DNA of 5,928 nucleotides from a virus (Duplodnaviria; Heunggongvirae; Uroviricota; Caudoviricetes): IMG/VR virus record IMGVR_UViG_2671181111_000001; one strand, 5' to 3'. Shown piece by piece: positions 1 to 5,928 of this stretch (position 1 is its first letter; each line of letters starts with the position of its first letter). The notes under the pieces were generated by a model. It saw only the letters and a program-made list of their open reading frames with translations, ran no database searches and was not told where the DNA came from. The position numbers and the translations under genes were made by a program.

Positions 1-147
1 AACCTGAATCTGGTTTTCAGGATTTACCGGGTCAGTGTCAATTTTTCCGATATAAATTTTGCCATTGGATACGGCTTTAAAAGAACGCGCCATAGTGAAG
101 AGTTGCGAAGGCATGCTGACCACAACATTTGCGGCGATATCTGACAT
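1..147 (-). CDS. Tailspike protein, N-terminal head-binding domain (5' part only; gene continues past window start)
   Basis: Reverse-complement of 1..147 translates to [49 protein letters not shown], which closely matches the P22 tailspike (gp9) N-terminus as I recall it (MTDITANVVVSNP...[30 protein letters not shown]). A GGAG Shine-Dalgarno sits 7 nt upstream of the ATG at 147..145 (minus-strand ctGGAGcaatgaaATG). Below the length cutoff of the supplied ORF track, so found by manual translation. Confidence 0.8.
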   Translation of the reverse strand, partial: MSDIAANVVVSMPSQLFTMARSFKAVSNGKIYIGKIDTDPVNPENQIQV

Positions 148-268
148 TTCATTGCTCCAGACGAATGATATGATGCAATCATGATGTGATTGCATACCGA
201 AATGGCACTATTGAATATTTATCCAGTAGGTTACGATGCCATTCCACCCAACTGGTGAGGCATCAAGG
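148..268. promoter_or_regulatory. Divergent intergenic control region between tailspike start (minus) and mnt start (plus); expected to hold the mnt promoter and possibly a tailspike-proximal promoter
   Basis: 121-bp AT-rich non-coding gap flanked by divergent start codons, each with its own SD. Candidate plus-strand sigma70-like elements are TTGCAT (190..195) and an AT-rich -10-like stretch around 212..220 (tGaATATTT); both are weak matches, judged by eye. Confidence 0.4.
173..195. promoter_or_regulatory. Imperfect palindrome ATGCAATCA-tgatg-TGATTGCAT, candidate operator for a ribbon-helix-helix repressor
   Basis: Arms of 9 bp at 173..181 and 187..195 are exact reverse complements, with a 5-bp non-symmetric spacer. 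It overlaps the candidate -35 (TTGCAT, 190..195) of the mnt-proximal promoter. The size class is right for Arc/Mnt-type operators, but the sequence is unrelated to the P22 operators as I remember them. Confidence 0.35.
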
Positions 269-529
269 ATGTACAGCAAATACGACGAGGCACAGTTTCA
301 CTTGAGACTTCCGCATGAACTCCACGCGAAAATTAAACAGTGTGCGAAGATGAATAACAGTTCGCTGAACTCAGAGATAATTGCAGCGATTGAAGAATCA
401 TTGGCTAAACAAAGCTCTGCATCAGTTTACATTGACGATGCAGAGCGTATGGCAGAACAACAATCTGATATGGTTAAGAAAATTGTCTTTGATACGCTCA
501 AGGAGCTATATAAAAAAGACAGCAACTAA
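269..529 (+). CDS. mnt: Mnt-like ribbon-helix-helix transcriptional repressor (immI-type)
   Basis: Translation MYSKYDEAQFHLRLPHELHAKIKQCAKMNNSSLNSEIIAAIEESLAKQSSASVYIDDAERMAEQQSDMVKKIVFDTLKELYKKDSN (86 aa). The C-terminal half is close to P22 Mnt as I recall it (NDAERLADEQSELVKKMVFDTLKDLYKK), and the N-terminus carries the F-x-L-R-x-P beta-strand motif followed by the NSE helix typical of Arc/Mnt. Start chosen at ATG 269 (GAGG SD 8 nt upstream; matches P22 Mnt length); an in-frame ATG at 236 would add 11 residues. Stop TAA at 527..529. Confidence 0.8.
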   Translation: MYSKYDEAQFHLRLPHELHAKIKQCAKMNNSSLNSEIIAAIEESLAKQSSASVYIDDAERMAEQQSDMVKKIVFDTLKELYKKDSN

Positions 530-546
530 CCATCCGTGGCTTTCCG

Positions 547-2520
547 TTACTTCTGGTTATCATCACTGTTCATCCAGTACATGATGCCTAGCCTTGATAT
601 GGTTTTCTTATCTGATTCTGGAAGTGAGTTGTAAAACGAGCGCCAAGCAGAAGAGCGTCTTACAGTTGTATCAACGATGCTTTCTGGTGCTTGTTTTACT
701 GCCAGCCTTGCTGCTTTCTGGAATTCTGGTGAGCTAATTAGCTTTTCTGCAGATTCAATTGATTCAGCGCCGCCCATCGCCCTGATTTTGCTGGCGACTT
801 TTGCCCCAATTTCTGACCCAGCAACAGCACCTACTGCACTGAACGGTCCTGACACAGTTGAACCAACCGCAGTGCCAATGCGTTGGGCATGGTTAGCAAC
901 AAATTCATTTGCCGCAGTGACGCGATTAAACCGTTTGACGAACTCGTTTAGTCTTCCTGTAGTTATCTCGTAAGATTTTGCATCTTTGATAGCCTTTGCG
1001 ACCTTATATACATCGTTCAGACCTGACATAGTCTCTTTTGGTAAATGTCTGGCAAGATTGCGCATCTGCCCGTTTGCTAACATGTTTTGATACCAGTCAG
1101 CAAACCCTGCAGGATTAAAATCAGCGCCACGTTTTCCGTTCGAAAGCATATCCCGAAGACCTGTTCCCAGTAGCTCGGTTCTTAGCTTCCTGGACGGCGT
1201 GTTTTGCATCAATTCACGAAATCCTTTGGCATCGCCTTTCGACATTGCCTGTAGTGCTGTAGTTGCTTTGCGAGAAACATCACCGTTCAGCGTTCTGCCA
1301 GTTAGATTAATCATTTGCTCTTCCATGCTTTTTCGCATCTGAACAAGCCTCTGAGCAACTTCAAAATCACGTAATGCATTTGTCTCTGACAGCGCCGCCT
1401 TTTGATCATCGGCGAGCGAACCGTAAAGCCTCGATAAAGCAGCGCGATCAGCATCTTTATATGGTCCAGAATTCTTATGAAGTGCATCACCAACAAGTCG
1501 TCGTTGCTTATTGAGATTTGCATAAGTTAATGCGCCGTTCTTGCCTGGATTAACTGCCCGAAAGACTCTCTTTTCAATAGGGTCAAGGTTTTTCATCCCG
1601 CCAAGATCTTCTGCCACCTGTTTGAGCATTGACCTTGTTGATGGCGCATCAATTTTTGCACCTGCAGGCATCGCCTTTTCAACATTGCGATAAAGCTGGT
1701 CGCTTCGTTTCATCAGCGCAGACATTCTTCCATTGACCGTATCAATAAACTTGTCGCTCATACCAAGAGCATCTTTTGCACCGGAAACGCGATCAATTAT
1801 CTCACCCGCGCCCTGTGCTAGCTGCCTGATTGCTTCATTTTCCTGCACCTGTAGAGCAGAACCCGCACGGGACTTGATTGCTTGCTCAACTGCCTTGTAT
1901 TGCTCGTTCCCGGAAAAGTGTGAAGGGAGTAATGAATCAACATTAAGCCTTTCAGCAGACTCCAGAACTTCAGCCTGAGGATTGATATCTAGTTCATCAA
2001 GCGATGAAGCGAGATTTGGCCTTTTTTGTGCTGCTACTGTGCGAACGACTTCCTCTGGGTTCTTCGTCGCAGGCGTCATTGGTACACCTTGTGCTACTCT
2101 TGCCTCTGCGGCATGAACCGCAGGATTTGTTGCTGCAGCGGCATCACCGGAGAATGGTGATGTTTCTGTTGGCGCAGTGGTCGCTCTCTGTGCAGATGTT
2201 TTATTGCCACTAATTATATTTGATGCACCACGAACACCACGGGTAACGCCATTTATCAGGCCATGCGTAGCAATGCTAAGTCCGGCATTAATAGCGGCAT
2301 TTTCGGCAAAATCACCCCGTTGATTCGCCGCGTCAGCGAGAGAACCAATGACCATGTTTCCAGCTACACCTGCTCCAGGAACAAGATAACCGCCTATTGA
2401 CTCTCCAGCTTGCGCGTAGGGGTCTGTCGGTCTGTCTACTGGACGATAAACATCATCCAATACTTTTGGCCCCCCAAGCCCCTGACTGATTGCATTAATC
2501 AGACTTGCGCCACCCTGCAA
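547..2520 (-). CDS. DNA ejection (injection/transfer) protein, P22 gp16-position homolog; start codon uncertain
   Basis: 657-codon ORF, last and largest gene of the ejection cassette, ending directly before the mnt/tailspike region as gene 16 does in P22. The N-terminal part has glycine-rich hydrophobic segments ([23 protein letters not shown]; [16 protein letters not shown]) and the remainder is a long charged, helical-looking region. The track start is a TTG at 2520 with no recognisable SD upstream; the frame is open upstream to the TAA of the SLT ORF (see findings). Confidence 0.6.
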   Translation of the reverse strand: MQGGASLINAISQGLGGPKVLDDVYRPVDRPTDPYAQAGESIGGYLVPGAGVAGNMVIGSLADAANQRGDFAENAAINAGLSIATHGLINGVTRGVRGASNIISGNKTSAQRATTAPTETSPFSGDAAAATNPAVHAAEARVAQGVPMTPATKNPEEVVRTVAAQKRPNLASSLDELDINPQAEVLESAERLNVDSLLPSHFSGNEQYKAVEQAIKSRAGSALQVQENEAIRQLAQGAGEIIDRVSGAKDALGMSDKFIDTVNGRMSALMKRSDQLYRNVEKAMPAGAKIDAPSTRSMLKQVAEDLGGMKNLDPIEKRVFRAVNPGKNGALTYANLNKQRRLVGDALHKNSGPYKDADRAALSRLYGSLADDQKAALSETNALRDFEVAQRLVQMRKSMEEQMINLTGRTLNGDVSRKATTALQAMSKGDAKGFRELMQNTPSRKLRTELLGTGLRDMLSNGKRGADFNPAGFADWYQNMLANGQMRNLARHLPKETMSGLNDVYKVAKAIKDAKSYEITTGRLNEFVKRFNRVTAANEFVANHAQRIGTAVGSTVSGPFSAVGAVAGSEIGAKVASKIRAMGGAESIESAEKLISSPEFQKAARLAVKQAPESIVDTTVRRSSAWRSFYNSLPESDKKTISRLGIMYWMNSDDNQK

Positions 2521-2568
2521 TACGTCAAATGGTATGTTTACCAGACCACGACCAGCCTGTTCTGCAAT

Positions 2569-3282
2569 TTACCCTGCACTTTGACCACCAGTGAGCCAAT
2601 CGCCAGCTTGTTGCATCAATGATGGTTCTTCCCGTGTTGGTGCATTATTGGCCTGATTAACTGTTTGTTGCTGAACAGGTTTCGGTGCGACAGAACTTAC
2701 GGGTTGAGGTGGCTGCTGACTGGCTGCCTGCTGCTCAATCTGAGCAAATGGATTATTTGGGTCTGACTGCACACCTGATGCCGATACTTGTTCGGATGAC
2801 TGTACTTCCAGTTGTGCAAACGGGTTGTTAGGGTCTTGCTGAGGATGTACCTTTGCAGAGGTGGCGCGCTGTTCGACTGTTGAGTCTGTCACCGGGTCAC
2901 CAGCCCATTGAGCAAAGCGATCATCAACGTAACCGCGGCCTTCAGGTCCTGGCGTATATTCACCACGCTTTGCCTTCATAACGTTGCCGGGACCGTCGTG
3001 ATAAGCCTGAAGAGCGTCACGCCAGTTACCAAACTGCTGGTACATCTTTGCCAGATAGCGCGCGCCAGCGTCAGCCTGATATTCGGGGTTTTGCATTTGC
3101 TCATCGGTATAACCCATATCACGCCATGTCCCAGGCATGACCTGAGTCAATCCTACAGCCCCGGCGGAGCTTACTGCGGCAGGGTTGTAAGAAGACTCCT
3201 TGGCACCCAGTGCAGTCATCAACCCTTCTGGCACACCGTAACGTGCGCCAGCCTGCTCTAACAAATCACGGTAATTAGCCAT
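2569..3282 (-). CDS. Lytic transglycosylase (SLT family 1) domain protein with Q/P-rich C-terminal linker; virion-associated peptidoglycan hydrolase candidate
   Basis: 237-aa ORF carrying the three family-1 SLT motifs in the correct order and spacing: AKESSYNP (catalytic Glu, residue 29), GLTQVMPGTW (GLMQ-type) and AYHDGPGN (AYNAG-type). The C-terminal ~100 aa are low-complexity Q/P/S-rich with a duplicated DPNNPFAQ(L/I)E motif. The ATG at 3282..3280 directly abuts the TAA of the upstream ORF (TAAATG), with GGGG just upstream. Confidence 0.75.
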   Translation of the reverse strand: MANYRDLLEQAGARYGVPEGLMTALGAKESSYNPAAVSSAGAVGLTQVMPGTWRDMGYTDEQMQNPEYQADAGARYLAKMYQQFGNWRDALQAYHDGPGNVMKAKRGEYTPGPEGRGYVDDRFAQWAGDPVTDSTVEQRATSAKVHPQQDPNNPFAQLEVQSSEQVSASGVQSDPNNPFAQIEQQAASQQPPQPVSSVAPKPVQQQTVNQANNAPTREEPSLMQQAGDWLTGGQSAG

Positions 3283-4614
3283 TTACTGCCCCAAAGATGG
3301 AAGATATCCGTAGCGATTAATGAAGTCGATTGACCGCTCGGGGTGCTGCTTCAGGTAATCTATAGAAGCCTGAGGCGCTTCCACTCGCTTGATACCGTTT
3401 TGCTGAACGTACTTACCAACCGCCTCATTACGCTTCTGGTTGAGCGTGTTCAGGATGACGCCAGCGTTGCGACGAAAGGACTCCTCGCTCTGCGAGTTCT
3501 GCAGCGAACCAACAGCCTGGTCGAGCTTTTTGCCCTCGGCATCAGAAAGTGCGCCCATGCCTCGCATGGCCTGAACCGCTGTCAGGTATGCTTGGGATTT
3601 AAAGGTATCAAGTCGTGCCTGAGTGTCTGCAGCCTGTGAGCCTGGAACGTTGGGGATTACTCCACGTAAGCCTGTAATGCTCTTAAGTGAAGGAGAACTA
3701 ACGATATCGTTCAGAGTGAACATGCTGGTTGTGAGGGTGTTGATGCCGTCTTTGTAGCCATCATTTAGCGCTTGCTGCTTCTGCTGCAACTGCTGGTTGT
3801 TGGCTGCTATGCGGCTCTGTATTTCCTGGCGCTTCAGGTCGTTAGTTTCTGCTGATAGCATCCGGTCAAGGCGCTTATTTTCGTTGTTAATGCGGTTTGT
3901 TTCTGCGTCCAGATTAATGCGCTGCTGACCTAAATTCGCCTGGATATCTTGCCCGCGCATTGTGATTGCCTGATTCCGAGCGGCGGTTTGCGAATCCAGG
4001 TCCTGACCGCGCATGGTAACCTGGCGACCCTGCATTTTATCCTGTAGGTCAAAGTATTTTTCGGGTCCGAGACTGTTCATCCCCAGGTGATCGACAAATT
4101 CGCCGAACTGCCGCGGGTTCTGTTGGTACATCTGAGCGACGTCCTGAGGATTAACGCCAACACGAGCTAACTCACCGGCGTTGTTTTGCAGCCATGATTG
4201 CATTGCTTCTGGAGACGATGACGCAAGGCGTGCGCCAGCCGCTAAGGTGCCGATAGAATTACGCTGGTCTTCATCAATGAATCCCATGCCTTTACGAACG
4301 GATTCAATCTGGTCTGGATATTGAGTAGCCAACTGACGCAAAGCACCGCGATCACCAGACGCATAAGCATTAGCGTACGCCTGCTGAAATTCTTTCTGCC
4401 GCTGAGCCTGATTTTCCTGCTGAAACACCCCTGCAATACCTGAAAGGCCTTGCAAAGCAGTCAGCCCAACATTGTTAGCGCCTGAACGCTCAATATCATT
4501 GTTCTGCCTGATAAGCTGAAGCGTATTGCCGATGTCATTTACGTTCGGAGCGTTTGAGTTGACGCCGCCGATACCAGCCAATAATCCGCCATTTGATCCT
4601 TGCCAAGTAGCCAT
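3283..4614 (-). CDS. DNA ejection protein, P22 gp20-position homolog
   Basis: 443-aa ORF in the middle position of the ejection cassette, similar in size to P22 gp20 (about 470 aa). Strong RBS (minus-strand TAAGGGGTAATCATG). Gly/Asn/Gln-rich composition with an internal 18-residue tandem repeat (TMRGQD...). Assignment is by position and composition; I cannot align it to a reference from memory. Confidence 0.6.
   Translation of the reverse strand: MATWQGSNGGLLAGIGGVNSNAPNVNDIGNTLQLIRQNNDIERSGANNVGLTALQGLSGIAGVFQQENQAQRQKEFQQAYANAYASGDRGALRQLATQYPDQIESVRKGMGFIDEDQRNSIGTLAAGARLASSSPEAMQSWLQNNAGELARVGVNPQDVAQMYQQNPRQFGEFVDHLGMNSLGPEKYFDLQDKMQGRQVTMRGQDLDSQTAARNQAITMRGQDIQANLGQQRINLDAETNRINNENKRLDRMLSAETNDLKRQEIQSRIAANNQQLQQKQQALNDGYKDGINTLTTSMFTLNDIVSSPSLKSITGLRGVIPNVPGSQAADTQARLDTFKSQAYLTAVQAMRGMGALSDAEGKKLDQAVGSLQNSQSEESFRRNAGVILNTLNQKRNEAVGKYVQQNGIKRVEAPQASIDYLKQHPERSIDFINRYGYLPSLGQ
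3947..4019 (-). repeat. Imperfect 54-nt-period direct repeat inside the gp20-like gene (encodes tandem TMRGQD... repeats)
   Basis: Plus-strand 3947..3965 and 4001..4019 match at 15 of 19 positions at an offset of exactly 54 nt (18 codons). Protein shows ...VTMRGQDLDSQTAARNQAITMRGQDIQANLGQQRI... Confidence 0.35.
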
Positions 4615-4623
4615 GATTACCCC

Positions 4624-5316
4624 TTAAAACAACGAGCCAAGCAATCCGATACCAGCACCAATGCCAGCGCCCCAAGGTGTTGATGTTCCCAAAAGGCTGG
4701 CAAGACCTGCACCGGCAATCGCACCAGACGTTCCGCCACTAATTGCTGTCTGAAGACTTGATGGTTTGTTGGCATTAGCAGCGGCAAGAGCTGCGCTTTG
4801 CTGTGCAATGCTGCTCATGTTGTTGGCGTATGTCTGCCCGGCGTTTGCCTGACCTTGCAGCGCACCAAGCCCAACGTTTGCCAGATTGTTGTAATTGCTC
4901 ATCTGGTTTGATAACCAAGACTGACCGAGTGTCGGCGCGATCGTAGCCAGTTGATTGCTTGTGGCTGTCGAACCAAGTCCACCCGTCGCCTCCGCAGCAG
5001 CAAGACTCTGGTAACGAGCCTGACCTGCAAGGTCTTTATACTGCTGAGAGTTGTAATACTGATTAAGTGCCTGCCCCTGACCTTCTAAACTGGAAAGGTT
5101 CTGAAGCTGGTTAACATACTGCTCCGCAAGAGGCGTGAACGGAGCAAGGTTTTTCATGATCGTCTGCCACTGCTGATTTTGCAGGTCTGCGGCATACTTC
5201 TGAGCTTCTGCTGCATACTTTGCGCTTTTATCAGAGCTGCCACCTTTCCCGCCTTTTTCAGGGCAATAAGGTTCCTCGCCGCGCAGTTTTCTGCCCAGCT
5301 TAAATGCATATAACAT
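4624..5316 (-). CDS. DNA ejection protein, P22 gp7-position homolog
   Basis: 230-aa ORF (P22 gp7 is about 229 aa) in first position of the ejection cassette. ATG at 5316 is preceded by GGGAGA (minus-strand GGGAGATAGCCATG). N-terminus MLYAFKLGRKLRGEEPY...; C-terminus is a glycine-zipper-like hydrophobic tail (GGTSGAIAGAGLASLLGTSTPWGAGIGAGIGLLGSLF). Confidence 0.7.
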   Translation of the reverse strand: MLYAFKLGRKLRGEEPYCPEKGGKGGSSDKSAKYAAEAQKYAADLQNQQWQTIMKNLAPFTPLAEQYVNQLQNLSSLEGQGQALNQYYNSQQYKDLAGQARYQSLAAAEATGGLGSTATSNQLATIAPTLGQSWLSNQMSNYNNLANVGLGALQGQANAGQTYANNMSSIAQQSAALAAANANKPSSLQTAISGGTSGAIAGAGLASLLGTSTPWGAGIGAGIGLLGSLF

Positions 5317-5318
5317 GG

Positions 5319-5774
5319 CTATCTCCCGTGATTCAGGAAGTCGATTAGTTCTTCGCGTGTGGCGCTGTAAAACGTCACGTCATCCACGCCTTTGAAGTAT
5401 TTCTTGATGGTTCCTACACGCTTAAGGCCAATCATTGCGCAGTACATCTGACCGTGGCGGAATTTGCGCGCAGCGAACGATGTGACGCACTGAACGGTGG
5501 TGTTAGTCAGAATGTATCGCCAGAACGCCAGCCCGATTTCCTTGCTGAATCCACGAATCTCTGGCAGGTACATGGCGTGGCAATCAAAGGTTAGCGGCTG
5601 AATCTCCTGATAGTAAACAATTCCGCCGAACTGCCCGTGCACGTTAACCTCAAAGTAACGGCATTCAGGCTTGTAGTCGTATCCATCGCCGTTGTTGCTC
5701 CCGGCGATAATGTCAGTGTGATTTCCTACTGCTTCGATCAGGTCGATGTTTCGCGTTGGTTTGAACTGAATCAT
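5319..5774 (-). CDS. Conserved small phage protein at the P22 gene-14 position (DUF2824-like, function unknown)
   Basis: 152-aa ORF starting MIQFKPTRNIDLIEAVG..., with GGAG 5 nt upstream of the ATG at 5774..5772 (minus-strand gcGGAGcagtgATG). Its stop TAG (5319..5321) lies 2 nt from the next ATG. Placement immediately upstream of the ejection genes matches P22 gene 14. The track ORF extends to a GTG at 5912, but that extension is Cys/Trp-rich and implausible. Family name is from memory of prophage annotations, not verified. Confidence 0.55.
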   Translation of the reverse strand: MIQFKPTRNIDLIEAVGNHTDIIAGSNNGDGYDYKPECRYFEVNVHGQFGGIVYYQEIQPLTFDCHAMYLPEIRGFSKEIGLAFWRYILTNTTVQCVTSFAARKFRHGQMYCAMIGLKRVGTIKKYFKGVDDVTFYSATREELIDFLNHGR

Positions 5775-5928
5775 CACTGCTCCGCGATTATCTTGATGGT
5801 TGTGGCAGTAAACGCCGCACCATTTGACTGAATAGTTAACGTACTGCCATTTGAGGCAAGAAATGAAGTGGCACACTGAATTTGGCCACCTGAACAGAGG
5901 TGATATGCTCACCTCAGAACAACACAGG

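Noticed and set aside
236-268. Upstream in-frame ATG at 236 as the mnt start (97-aa product)
   Set aside because: ATG 269 has the better SD (GAGG, 8-nt spacing) and gives a length and N-terminal register matching P22 Mnt; 236 is kept as an alternative only.
530-546. Bidirectional intrinsic terminator between the convergent mnt and gp16-like genes
   Set aside because: The 17-bp gap and flanking codons contain no GC-rich inverted repeat followed by a T/A tract that I could find by eye.
381-584. Plus-strand ORF 381..584 (67 aa)
   Set aside because: Overlaps mnt in a different frame and runs into the 3' end of the gp16-like gene; mnt homology accounts for the region.
1311-1523. Minus-strand ORF 1311..1523 (70 aa); the same reasoning applies to 4242..4436 and 4617..4808
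   Set aside because: Out-of-frame overlaps inside the larger minus-strand genes, with no independent start context.
677-3639. Plus-strand ORFs 677..973, 1733..1978, 2004..2213, 2410..2622, 2908..3261 and 3343..3639
   Set aside because: All lie antisense within long, well-supported minus-strand genes, with no RBS-like context and low-complexity translations; typical shadow ORFs.
5637-5831. Plus-strand ORF 5637..5831 (64 aa)
   Set aside because: Antisense to the gp14-position gene and its upstream region; no support.
5775-5908. Open frame ending in TGA that overlaps the gp14-position ATG (TGATG), resembling the 3' end of an upstream gene
   Set aside because: It is interrupted by an in-frame TGA at 5909..5911 and has no ATG/GTG/TTG within the window, so it cannot be the end of a longer gene.
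5775-5912. Track ORF 5319..5912 suggests a 197-aa protein starting at GTG 5912
   Set aside because: The extra 46 residues are Cys/Trp-rich and unlike a real protein, whereas the internal ATG at 5774 has a well-spaced GGAG. I annotated the 152-aa version. The frame is open to the window edge, so a longer product cannot be fully excluded.
1-5928. CRISPR arrays, tRNA/rRNA genes, IS elements or integrase attachment sites
   Set aside because: No spaced direct repeats, no tRNA-like cloverleaf-sized conserved segments, no terminal inverted repeats flanking a transposase-like ORF. The window is essentially fully occupied by phage structural genes plus mnt.

Overview
This window reads as part of the late/virion region of a P22-like (Lederbergvirus-type) enterobacterial phage or prophage, with all structural genes on the minus strand. 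In transcription order (right to left) they are: a small gp14-position protein (5319..5774), a gp7-like ejection protein (4624..5316), a gp20-like ejection protein (3283..4614), an extra ejection-cassette gene encoding a family-1 lytic transglycosylase (SLT) domain with a Q/P-rich tail (2569..3282), and a gp16-like ejection protein (547..2520). An Mnt-type ribbon-helix-helix repressor gene lies on the plus strand (269..529), convergent with the gp16-like gene. The 5' end of the tailspike gene follows on the minus strand (1..147, continuing past the window edge). No tRNA, rRNA, CRISPR array or IS element was seen. The most notable points are: (i) the SLT ORF and the gp16-like ORF are in the same frame, separated only by one TAA and 16 sense codons, with no credible start or RBS for the downstream ORF; (ii) mnt is present without arc, ant or sieA, leaving a 121-bp divergent mnt/tailspike control region with an imperfect palindrome; (iii) all four ejection ORFs share one reading frame. 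All homology statements rest on my recollection of P22 protein sequences and motifs, not on a database search.
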